In this document: positions 1-12,500 of the stretch, piece by piece
Position numbering within the stretch: position 1 is the first letter of the stretch
Layout: every line of letters begins with the position of its first letter
DNA from: Dendrobates tinctorius
Lineage: Eukaryota
Reading direction: 5' to 3'
Assembly: GCF_039654945.1 (NCBI RefSeq)
Contig: NW_027361863.1
Span: 17,422,001-17,486,000, forward strand
DNA: 64,000 nt
Translations under genes and position numbers: made by a program
Notes under the pieces: model-generated
What the model saw: the letters and a program-made list of their open reading frames with translations, nothing else
Databases searched by the model: none
What the model was told of the DNA's origin: nothing

Positions 1-408
1 GCGGCCAATGGGGGCGCTAACTCCTCCGTTGCAGCGTTAGTGCCGCTATGTAACGATCCCGGTAATCGCAGGGCCATGCAATGTGAACCCGGCCTAACAC
101 TATGAGAAGATGATGACAATGTGCGGAGCCTCTCCTCCTGCACACCATATACTGTGTGTATACGCCAGGGGGGAGGGGCCAGGAGAGTGGAGCTTTATTC
201 GCTCCTCCCCCCAGATGAGTCACAGGCAGGATTCACTGCTTCCAGTCGCCAGAAAAAAAAAACAACGGCTCATTCACCCTGCAGAGCCGGCTCATTTCGT
301 TCACGGCAGGGAGCCGGCTCTTTGTATCGGATCGTTCACGAACGACACATCACTACGCCGGAAGCGGAAACGGAGCCTTATCACTGTCCTCCTCCAGGAA
401 CCGGAGTC
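1..408 (+). promoter_or_regulatory. USP5 promoter/5' region (CpG-rich)
   Basis: CCAAT at 5-9, G-rich box near 167-180, tandem ETS-like CCGGAAGCGGAAAC at ~358-371 just upstream of the ATG. Confidence 0.5.
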
Positions 409-516
409 ATGGTGGATGTGAAAGATACGCTGCTGTCTATCCTGCCGACTATCCGGTTGCCCAGGGCTGGGGACCGAGTACACAAGGATGAGTGTGCCTT
501 CTCCTTCCATACTCCG
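409..516 (+). CDS. USP5: USP5 exon 1
   Basis: [36 protein letters not shown], donor GT at 517. Confidence 0.95.
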
Positions 517-3500
517 GTAGATATGGCGCCTGTGCTTTGTCACCATCCTTGGTTGTGTCCCCCTCTGTATGAATATGGGGGGTCTGGGGTCGCCCCGACC
601 TGTGGGGGCCGTGTGACCCTTCATGTCCGCTGCGCTGGGTGATGGAGCTTATTCACCTCCTTTCATTGGTTGAAGAGGCTCGGGACATGTGATTATCATT
701 ATTATTATGCATTTATATAGCGCCTTTTATTCCTTGGCGCTTTACATGTGAAAAGGGGAAATATAGACAAGTGTGATATGTAAAGTCCTTGGGGGTCCAA
801 CCACAGGGACCCCCCGTGCAAGAACGAGGAGTGATTGGAGCTGTCGTGGGCATGCGCGATAACCAGCCATACAGATCCAGAGGGTATCACGCATGCGCAC
901 GACTGCTCCATTCAACATGCGGACCCCCCTGTCCGTGTGATCACAGGGGTCCGAAAGCCCCATATGGGTCTGTAAGTGCAGTGGTCACACGTGCGTCTCG
1001 ACCTCTCCATTCACCATGCGGACCCCCCTGTCCATCTGATCACAGGGGTCCGAAAGTCCTGTATGCGTCTCTAAGAGCAATGGTCGGACATGCGCAGCAC
1101 GAGCACTCCATTCACAATGGGGACCCCCCCCTGTCCGTGTGATCACAGGGGTCCGAAAGTCCTATATGGGTCCAGAAGAGCAGTGGTCGGACATGCGCAG
1201 CGCGACCACTCCATTCACAATGGGGACCCCCCTGTCCGTGTGATCACAGGGGTCCGAACGTCGCATATGGGCATGTAAGAGCAGTGGTCGCACATGCGCA
1301 GTGCGACCGCACATTCACAATGCGGAACCCCCCCCCGCCCCTGTCCGTGTGATCACTGGGGTCACAGATGGGTCTGAAACAGCAATGTTTGTACATGCTC
1401 AGCACAACCGCTCCATTCATATCTGATGAAGAATGTTGTCTACGGGAAAAAAGCCATTTAAACTTAAGGGCATATTCCCATTCTTCTGTAAATCCGAAAC
1501 ATTTTTGTGATTTGGTGCTTATTAAACTTGTAGCTGAATTTGAGATATTAATACTGTGTTGTTTACAGCTGGAGACCGACCTCCTCTGCTCTGACGTAGC
1601 AGGCTCCTCCAGAGATCCCGGCCAACTTCAACAGCCGGTAAACACTGCTAATGTTCTGCTGTCTAGCAGCGGTGGTCGGTCTCTAAGGCAACAAGTAGTA
1701 AATAAAAGTGATAATGTCGCAAGAACGGCTGCAAAGTTTAATAAATGGTAAATTACAAAAACTGCTTGTATTTATAAGCTCTGTCTGACATCAATGAGGT
1801 ATTACTGCAAATGAATGGGGTCACATATTTACCTGTAGGGTAAAACACAACAAATAAGTCGCAAAACACTCAAACACATTTTTTTTGCGCTATTCTTGGT
1901 GCGCTGTGGCTTGCATTTGGTGTGACGTAGCAGCAGCTTACAGCTATCTTTTGCTGCATGAGTTGAGTCCTCAGCCTAAGGCCGGGGTCACACTTGCGAG
2001 AAACTCGCACGAGTCTCGCGTCTCAATACCCAGCACTGATGCCAGCACTCGGGACCGGAGCGTTCAGCTGCATAGAAATACATGCAGCCGCACACTCCGG
2101 TTCTGAGTGCTGGCGGCAGTGCCGGTTATTGAGAAGCAAAACTCGTGCGAGTTTCTCGCAAGTGTGACCCCGGCCTTTGGGCTCTTTCAGTCGTCCATGA
2201 AAACCGTTTTGAGATGTCCCAGATTCTATGAAGTTGTGATGGTATGATATGCTATGTGGATGTCATTTTGTGTACATTTCTATTTCACTTATTTTCATAG
2301 TGTTTTTCTTGATGCCTGGTATGTCTACAGCACTGTATCTGTCTCTTGATGACCCTCTGTAGTGCATTAATCCCTAAGACTCCTTTGTTCTCCTCTGGGA
2401 GGCCTGGAAACCTCCCCCAACCTGTTTGATTACCCCTGGACAAGGAAGGGGGTGGGGGGAGAACAGGAGCAGGGCAAGTCAGTTCGGGTGTGGACAGCGT
2501 CATGTAAAGACTGCATTTCAGAGAGAGAAGGACCCATTTTATCCTCTGGTGCTAGAGTTTTGGAATCTCGTTTCCCTGGACATTTTATCCTGTTACTGGA
2601 CTGCATTCTTATTCTGGACTATCTTATCCTTTGTGTGGTGGACTGAATATGGACCTTTCGTATTTTTGCCTGAATAAAGGTCTTGGAATTGTTCACTCTT
2701 CGCTTGCTCTGTTGATTGTGTGATACCAGAGAAGGACCCCGCGACAACTGGTGGCAGCGGTGGGATCAACAGAGCGTAACCCAATGGAGAACCACTCACA
2801 GAGTGAGTACAGAAATTGGACTGTATGCAGTCTACAGGAGAGAGCCAGAGACCTGGGCCTGAACCACCAGGGACTGACTAAAGAGGTCTTAATTGATCTA
2901 CTGGTGGGTGCTAGCCCGGCCACCCCCTCCCAGATGTCTGAAGGACGAGCACTGGAGACAGGGATCCCCATCCAGAAAAGCCAGTGGGTGTTGTGGTACG
3001 AAGAAGAGATGGCGGTTCTGGGCCCCGGAGTCTCTCAGGAGTACAAGGAAGAGGCTGCACGCCTGGCGCAGCGGAGACAAGCAATGGAGCTTGAAAGAGG
3101 GAGTAACGCAATGTGGAGTGTAAACCCCACGATCTGGGAGCCTGTACGGATCACCGGGACAGAGTTTAAGCCATTTGATGAGGCTTCCGGAGATGTGGAG
3201 GGGTTCTTCACGGACTTTGAGCAGCAGTGTGCTGTGATGGAGGTGCCCCACTCTAGCTGGATGCGTTTGTTAGTGGGACTCCTGAATGGAAGCTTGGCGG
3301 AGGCTTACCGAACCATTGATGCACAGCGGAATCGGGATTATAACATTTTAAAGCATGCTATCACCCCAGACTCATATAGAGCCAAGTTCCGAGACCTCCC
3401 ATGCACCACGGGGGGATCGTTTAGGATGTATGCCCATAAGATGTCCCAGGCGTGTCGGAGATGGCTGGCAGCAGAAAACGCCTTTACTGTGGAAGATGTT

Positions 3501-6500
3501 ATACAGGCGTTCCTTATAGAACAATTTCTTGCCAAGTGCCCCGCAGAGGTACGGGAATGGGTCCGGGAGCGCATGCCGTGTACCGTGGATAGAGCTGCAG
3601 CCCTGGCCGATGAAGCCCTTACTATCCGACCGCAATGGAGGAGGCTTCTGGACAATGAACCACGGCCTGCTCCCCGTCCCCCTCAGATTATATCTGCCCT
3701 TCCACCTAGTCGCAAGCCGATGACTATCACGTCTCCCAATCATGGGCTCCAACAGTTCCGAACACGACCTGGGGGTATCACAGAGAGGAGATGCTATGCG
3801 TGTGGGCAACCTGGACATTTGCAGTTTGGATGTCCCTAACGGATTCGGAGGGAGCCCCACGCAGCCCCACCTCGTCCAGTGCATCTTGTACACTCCACGA
3901 CACCTGAGGAAGAGCTACCACCACCCCCACCAGAGTGAACCACCGACCACGACACCATAGATACCCCTCCTGGAGTGTACGAACTCCGGCCTTCGTCCTT
4001 TAGCTCCCCAGAGCAACGGCAACGCCACCTGCAGGATGTCTTTATTGATGGATACAAAGTGTCAGGATTTAGAGACACGGGGGCGTTCTTGACTATCGCT
4101 GACCCCCGTGTGGTTCGACCCGAGGCAATTCACCAGGGTGCAGGAATTCCCATTGTCTTGGCGGGGGGTGCCCGCAAATATATACAGCGAGCTTTGGTGC
4201 GTTTGGATTATGGTTTTGGAGAAAAACTGTGCTGGATTGGAGTTATGGGAGGACTTCCTGCAGATATCCTCCTTGCGAACGACATTGGGGAGTTAGTGTC
4301 ATTTTGTGGGAGCAGCCACTCAACTACAGGCCCTTCAAGCACCACGACATCCGGACCTCACTGGGAAGCAATCTGTTTGGCCAGAAGGTCCACGGGTCTC
4401 TCCCTCTTCTGAAAGAACAATTGGAGGGAGATATCACAGACATTGGAATGCCCATCATTATCTACGTTCTAGAGTTCATAGACCGTCTCGCCCAGCTAGC
4501 GGCCCAGTCCAGTCAAGAAACCTGGTATGACCGTAACGCCAGGACCCGGGAATTTATGGAAGGACAACAAGTGCTTATAATTATTGCAACCCCTGCCACT
4601 GAACAAGGAACTATAAACGACTGAGCAATGTGGACTAAAGTGAGCAGGCCAGAGGTCTGTGTAGACCTCATAGCGTGCTCACTTATTATGGGGGGGGGGG
4701 AGGTTGTGATGGTATGATATGCTATGTGGATGTCATTTTGTGTACATTTCTATTTCACTTATTTTCATAGTGTTTTTCTTGATGCCTGGTATGTCTACAG
4801 CACTGTATCTGTCTCTTGATGACCCCCTGTAGTGCATCAATCCCTAAGACTCCTTTGTTCTCCTCTGGGAGGCCTGGAAACCGCCCCAACTTGTTTGACT
4901 ACCCCTGGACAAGGAAGGGGGTGGGGGGGAGAACAGGAGCAGGGCAAGTCAGTTCGGGTGTGGACAGCGTCATGTAAAGACTGCATTTCAGAGAGAGAAG
5001 GACCCATTTTATCCTCTGGTGCTAGAGTTTTGGAATCTCGTTTCCCTGGACATTTTATCCTGTTACTGGACTGCATTCTTATTCTAGACTATCTTATCCT
5101 TTGTGTGGCGGACTGAATATGGACCTTTCGTATTTTTGCCTGAATAAAGGTCTTGGAATTGTTCACTCTTCGCTTGCTCTGTTGATTGTGTGATACCAGA
5201 GAAGGACCCCCGTGACAGAAGTTATCATGCTCTGGTCCGGATAACCACGCCTAGTCTACTTACACGGATGTCTGAATACACTCTTAGGCCGGGATCACAC
5301 TACCGTGTGTGATGCGAGAAACTCGCACGAGTCTCTCGCATCAACACCTGGCGCTGCCGCTGGCACTCGTAACCGAAGCTGCATAGAAATACATGCAGCC
5401 GTAGCGCTGGTCCTGAGTGCCGGTGGCAGCGCCGAGTGTTGATGCGAGAGACTCGTGCGAGTTTCTCGCATCACACACGGTAGTGTGATCACGGCCTTAT
5501 AGAAATAAGTATTGTCCACACACCAGCACAATCATTGCTGAATATACAACAGTCGTGACGTCAGAAAACTAGAAAAAAGGGGCAAGGAGAGGTGAAGGTG
5601 TTTTCTGAAACTTTTTTTTTTTTCTGCAGGGAAATTATTTAATTTCCGTTACAAAAGCAGGTAGTGCGAACCCTCCCAAGAGTGTAATAAACATTACTAT
5701 GCACAGCCTTGGGGTCTGGGACATTATAAGATGACGCGCCCATTATTGGCTTGTTGTAAAAAATGAAAAACTAGTAAGTGCTGACATAAGAGAACAATAG
5801 ACTGTAAGTACGTGCGTCCGCCCCTCACCGCTTATTATTGACTGTTACGTGTGGACATTGATGCGGTGGTAACTTGGATCTTCATAACCGCATTGACCGG
5901 AATCTGCTGTGGACCCGTTGTCATCAAAATCTGTCTGCAGGACCCGTGACTTCCAGCAAATAGATCTGGGCATAAAGGAACTTTTATTTTTTTTCCAATC
6001 TACATGTTATAACTTCCTTCCGGTCTTTCTATCTTGTAATCAAGAGATTTTGTGTTTGCCGTCCTATGTAATGACACAGGAAACTCCCCGGTAAATGTAT
6101 TCCTCCCGACATCTTGTGTTGCAGGAGACCGATGGTGGATTATATATATGCATGTATACCTTCCTGGGGTTTGGCAGACCGTACGTAGAAAAACACTTTG
6201 AGAAGACCGGCCAGAGAGCATTCCTGCACCTGAAGAGGACCCCCAAACCGGTAATGGAAGTGCGTGCTTCCGTTTAAAGGGGAAACTTCCTTACATTAGG
6301 TCATCTGTGTGATGTTTTAAAGGGAGTATGTCGGCCCAGAATGACTGTTCCGACCTCGCACAGGCGCTCAATTCACCTTCCCACCTACATGTTTTTCATC
6401 TGTCAGTCTTCCTTGATTGACTGCTGCGGAGTCAGAAGATCCAAAGATAGAGGGGAAAACAACTTGTCAACTTGGAGGAAAGAGCTCTGCACTGATTGGT

Positions 6501-9500
6501 CACGTCCTTGGTGCTCCGGGCTCCTGTGCTTGGTTTGAACCGTCATTGTGCACTGACATACTCTCTTTATACTAACCCAGTGGATTTGGGCAGGGACCAG
6601 AGCTGAATTGCATGAACATCCCCTGACTGTGAATCTTGTTTTTTGTTTTTTTTCCATAGAAATCTGAAGACTCCAGTTCCAATACAGGAGACCCCCCTCG
6701 TAAGAAGCCCACCCGTCTCGCCATAGGTAGGATCTTCTAATTCATTAACCTGCCTGTAAGTAATGACTCCAATGGCTGCTCCGGATCTGAACCTCATATG
6801 TCGATAGCTTTTACATACTTTGTTGGTTTGAACTAAAATAAATGGATTTTTTTTTTTTTTCATTCAGTTAATGTTTTTTTTTTTCCCTAAAATGTTTTTG
6901 GTGGCATATATTTTGTAGCATTTTGCACAGTCCTATGGAAAAGGCAATGGGAAAACCCCCCCCCCCAGAGCGTGCTGCATTGAACAAAAAATAAAACATC
7001 ACTTCCCATAAAATAAACCACTAAAAACACCAAGACGCTGAATAGTGTTTTCTTATATTTTGCTAAAAACATTAAAGAGGGTTTTTTCAAGTTTTGGACT
7101 TCTCCGGTCTCCCAGCTGCAGATTATCAAAAAAGAATCCATAGCGCTGAGTCTTTGTTGCTGCTCCCGGTGTTTGTTATTCACTTGGACAGCGCTGCAGC
7201 CAATCGTTGAGCTCAGTGGCTTGTGCAGAGATGATTGCCTACCGTGGTGTCATCATGAAGAACAAATACTGGGAGCAGTGGTATAGACTCAGTGCCAGAT
7301 CTGGGGAGAGTGAGTAAAGTCCTGTTTTGTTTTGTTTTTTTACTTTCAGCCCGGGGACAGGGTTTTTCCCACACTGGAAAATTCCCTTTTAAATGTGTTG
7401 TCCTGGGCATATACATTGATGATCTATGCAAAGGTACCAGTGGGGCCTTGAACAGCTCAGCTTTGTACACCATGTAGTGGTCGTATCGGGTACTGCATCT
7501 CAGACACATTCACTTCGATTGGAGCTGAGTTGCAGTACCTAAGAGCGGCCAATACACAGTGTTTGGGGCTGTGCTGTTCCACTTCTATTACCATCCGCCT
7601 GTAACAGGAGCTGCAAACGACACCCACAGATCTGATCATACCAGAAGTCCTAGACAAACCATTGAAAGTACCATCTGAATGCATTAGGAAAATGCACGTC
7701 AGTGAAGGTGCCAGGGAAACAAGTGAATCCACTGCGTGTGACTTTACCTAATACTGTTTAACAGGGGACGAGTCTCCCCCTCTCCTGCTCACCAGACAGC
7801 TCCGTATCTCGATTTCCTCCATCTTTTTTCCTATCCCCTGTTTATCTCCTCTTTTTTAGGGATGGAGGGCGGATTTGACATGTGTGACGAGCAGTGTGAG
7901 TATGAAGAAGAGGTGAAGTTGATCATTCTGCCCGAGTTCCTGGATATTCAGCGGGAAGAACTGTTGGGTCTCCCAGAGATGGTCAGGGACCGGGTGGGTA
8001 ATCTGAGGTGTGTGTGTGTGGGGTGGGAGGGACAGATCTGTGTACCTTTTGGGATGATTTTTGTTGTGTTGCTCCTTTTCTGCTGCCCATCGTCATCTTC
8101 TTCTTGTTCACCTCACTCCATTTTCCTCCATCGCTCAGGTATCTTCTGCCATCGATGCCATCTTAGCTGCTGACTCTGCGTCCCGTAAGCAAGAGATTCA
8201 GGCGTGGGACGGCGAGGTCAGACAGGTTTCTAAACATGCGTTCAGTCTCCAGCAGCTTGGAGGGGCTCCCCGTATCCCTCCTTGGTAAGTGATTTTCTCC
8301 TAATAAGACTGACAAGTCGTCCAGAATTTGCCATCTTACAGCTGCTCCACTTTGCAGCCGAGGACAAGAATCCAGGCGGACTGTTTATTAAAAAGTTTCT
8401 ATCTAACCTTACTGCAGGTTGTGCCCTTAAATCTTGCCCCTCGTTTTATCCCCTTGCTGGTGGTCTCATCTGCTTCCACCTTTTCCTGCAGGGCTATGTA
8501 TACTTGACAATGACTATATGGCACATGGACGTTGCGGTCGTCTCACCCCTAATGACATTATATCCCGTGCCAGTGATGTATGTCACAAGGATAGAGGAGC
8601 ACATTGGGGAGGAAATTAAAGCCTTGCAGAGCTGGAGTCCTGGGTTCAAATCCCACCAATGACAACATCTGTGAGGAGTTTGTATGTTCTCCCCGTATTT
8701 GCGTGGGTATCCTCCGGGTTCTCTGGTTTCCTCCCACATTCCAAAGACATACTGATAGGGCTCACAATCTAAATTCCCTATCGGGGACAGTGCCAATAAT
8801 GTTTGTAAAGCACTGTGGAATTAATGGTGCTATATAAATGAGTAAAATAAATAAAAATAAAACTGTGATAATCTGCGTCCTAAGACCAACACCCATCACT
8901 CAAATCAAGGGGCAGAAGTGCTCAGATTATCATTGATCGTGAGTACACAACCACAGACTTTGTTGAGTCTGCACACTACTCGTTAATAAGCTGAATGTTA
9001 AATTGTTGATGGTCTCAGGACCTCCGGGAGCAACAGCTATGAACATATCAAGATGAGATCAGAGATTATTATTCTGCCTTTCTCTTACAAAACCTTTTGA
9101 ATATTCTCCATCCTGATATTTAAGATTTGCCTTCATTCACTTTCCTGCCTGTTGACTGTCTCCACCAGTGGTTGGAAGTGCAGCGTGTGCGATCTGCGGG
9201 AGAACCTGTGGCTCAATATGACAGACGGAGCGATCCTCTGCGGCAGACGATACTTTGACGGCAGCGGAGGGAATAACCACGCAGTGCAGCATTACAGAGA
9301 GACAGGGTACCCGCTGGCTGTCAAACTGGGCACAATCACTCCAGATGGAGGAGGTTGGTTTTTACTTTTTGCACAAACTCAATCAATCACTTTGCAGGAG
9401 TTAGGCCGGGCTCAGAATTTTAAGACCTGGACAATCGTCTCAACAAACTGAAGAAACTTTGCATGTAGGCTTCACTACATACCTTCTCCAGTTTTGTGTA

Positions 9501-12500
9501 TACAGCTCTTATGAGGACTTGCTTCCCAGTGTTTACAGGTCCCATCCTGCAGTTATGTATCGCTACTCGGCTACTGTACATCTGTCTTCACTGTCTGATA
9601 CATTGAGCTGCATAGAACCTGTGTTCACCAAACGGTAGAAGATATTGTATGACGCTTATGTGCAAAGTTTCTTCATTGATATAAATTCCACCCCCTATCT
9701 TATGATCAGGTCAGGCTAAACCCTCACAAAATAAAATTCTGACCCCAGCCTAAATGCTGTGATATGTAATGCCGACTATTTGCAAAGCTTCTTCATTTTA
9801 TTCCCCTCTTGTTTACATTGGAGCAAATAAAAAAATATATATTTTGAAAGTTTTTATCCCCTCAAATGCTGTAGGATTGACGCTTTTGCTCCTCATTGTC
9901 CCCTGTTCCCCCATCAGATGTCTACTCCTACGATGAAGATGACATGGTCCTGGACCCCAACCTGGCCGAACATCTATCGCACTTTGGTATCGACATGATG
10001 AAAATGCAGAAGGTGAGCGCGACCGTACTAGGATATCCCCGCCGTCCCACCCGTACACACGTAACATCTCTTCCCATTCCTAGACGGACAAGACGATGAC
10101 CGAGCTGGAAATTGATATGAACCAGAGGATCGGAGAATGGGAGCTGATCCAGGAATCAGGGGTGCAGCTGCAGCCTCTGTATGGACCCGGGTACACAGGG
10201 ATCCGCAATCTGGGCAACAGCTGCTATCTCAACTCCACCATGCAGGTCGTGTTCAGTATTCCTGCCTTCCAGCGCAAGTAAGTGTCTGTGACACAAGGTC
10301 CTCGCAACCATTGTGATTGTGCAGAGTATAAAGCCCTGCAATCAGGAGCAGATCAGCTGCGATCCTAGCTGGAAAGATGATGACAGATTATATCCCACGT
10401 CTCCTTTAATGTCTTTATTGCACTCCGTTAGTGCCCATAGTGAATAGGAGCGGTGGCAATGTCTTTCCCTGTTTTGCTCCCCAGCATGGCAGACTCAATA
10501 TGACATGGCGGTCATTTGTCGTGTTACACCCTATATACGCAAATGTATCTGCTCATCACAAGGGTTAAAGTGGAACATAACTCTCAGCATTGATTGCTTA
10601 CAGATATGTAGAACGAATGGAGCAAATATTCCATAAGTCGCCAGCTGATCCCACGCAGGATTTCAACACCCAAGTGTAAGTAGTGTGGAGGGAATATGCC
10701 GGGGCTGGAAGGAGGGGTCGCTATGAGTCTCCTATACCTTGGAAGATATCAAATGAACATTCTTGGTGATGTTTCCACAGAGCGAAGCTCGGCAACGGCC
10801 TGTCATCTGGTGAATACTCCAAGCCAGCGACTGAGAAAGAGGGCGAGGAGCAGAAGGTGAGACTTCAAATTGCAAAGAAATAAATACCTGGGATCCGATT
10901 CATCAAGACCGGCATTGTTCATACTGGTCTTGATGAGGGGTGTGCTGGAGTCAGACCTCCTGATTTATGAAGAGGTTGCACATTGTAAAGAACACCTAGA
11001 TGTGAGGACATGTCTTCAGCTTCAGACTGTGTACAGAGATGTGTCCGTTCACTGAGAGCAAGCAGACGTATAGCGAACGGTGATGAATTGAAGCACAAAG
11101 TATATTAGAAAGTTGCAGAACTTGTCTATTGCTAATTGGTTTCCTGGTACCCCCGCCAGTTTTTCTTTGAGCCCCGACCACCCTTTGTGTTTTTTGCAGG
11201 GTTTACAGGACGGCATCGCACCACGCATGTTTAAAGCACTTATAGGGAAGGGACATCCAGAGTTTTCCACCAACAGGCAGCAGGACGCCCAGGAGTTCTT
11301 CCTTCACTTCATAAACATGGTGGAGGTGAGTGGCAGTGGTATACATCTGTGTGTGTGCACAGTAGGGTGACCGCAAAAAATCGATGTCGGAATTTTGTTC
11401 GTCTGGACCCCACAAAACGATTCCCCTTTCCAGATATTGAGAGAGCCAAAATTTGAGCTCGATCAAACGACGTTAACCCGTGCCGCTCGTCGCTCAAAGT
11501 TTGAAAAAATCCAAATTGAGGTATTTTAAGATTTAGGTATTTTGCATAGTCTGTTAGACTATAAAGAATGTGACAACAACATTGCAGAAATAGCCCTGAC
11601 CAAATTTTCGAACCATTTGTGGTATTTGAATGCAGAGTTGGTGGGATTATCGTTTTTTGATCCCAGCATTACAGACAATGAAAAGTTGTTAATGGCTAAT
11701 AAATTGCTCAGTAGCACAGATGAACCATCAGAGCACGCTAGGGTTGTAAATCCAAAAGTTAGGAAAGAAAAATTAAAAGAGGTAGGAAGTAACCGACCTT
11801 AACGACCTTCTGACAAAAGATGAAGAACAAAAGCAATATGTCCTGCAAGTTGTAAGCAAATGCCGAGCATTATATTCTGACGTTTCAAAAACTACTTTAA
11901 CAAAAGCTCTAGAATAGATTAGATAACTATGTAAAATTATCAACTCATGTAGGTTAGCGTGCTCTGATGGTTCATCTGTGCTACTGAGCAATTTATTAGC
12001 CATTAACAACTTTTCATTGTCTGTAATGGTGGGATCAAAAAACGATAATCCCACCAACTCTGCATTCAAATACCACAAATGGTTCGAAAATTTGGTCAGG
12101 GCTATTTCTGCAATGTTGTTGTCACATTCTTTATAGTCTAACAGACTATGCAAAATACCTAAATCTTAAAATACCTCAATTTGGATTTTTTCAAACTTTG
12201 AGTGACGAGCGGCACGGGTTAACGTCGTTTGATCGAGCTCAAATTTTGGCTATCTCAATATCTGGAAAGGGGAATCGTTTTGTGGGGTCCAGACGAACAA
12301 GATTCTGACATTTTTTTTCCCCCCCATATGAGATCCGGTCACCCTAGTGCACAGCTCTGTACATTTTCGGAGGTAACTTTCCGCTTTACGTCTCCACAGA
12401 GAAATTGCCGCAGCTCTTCTAATCCCAATGAAGTATTCCGGTTTTTGGTGGAGGAGAAGATTAAATGTCTGGTGTCCCAGAAAGTGAAGTACACGCAGAG

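Larger units (their letters stand above)
2235..5217 (+). mobile_element. Internally deleted Gypsy (Gmr1-like, SCAN-domain gag) LTR retrotransposon
   Basis: Two ~512-bp TG...CA LTRs (2235-2746, 4705-5217), 5-bp TSD GAAGT (2230-2234, 5218-5222), PBS at 2749, polypurine tract ~4690-4703, gag and protease ORFs, no RT. Confidence 0.93.

Noticed and set aside
11542-12153. Two convergent small genes with identical N-termini
   Set aside because: They are mirror copies of a transposase fragment in the inverted arms of one element
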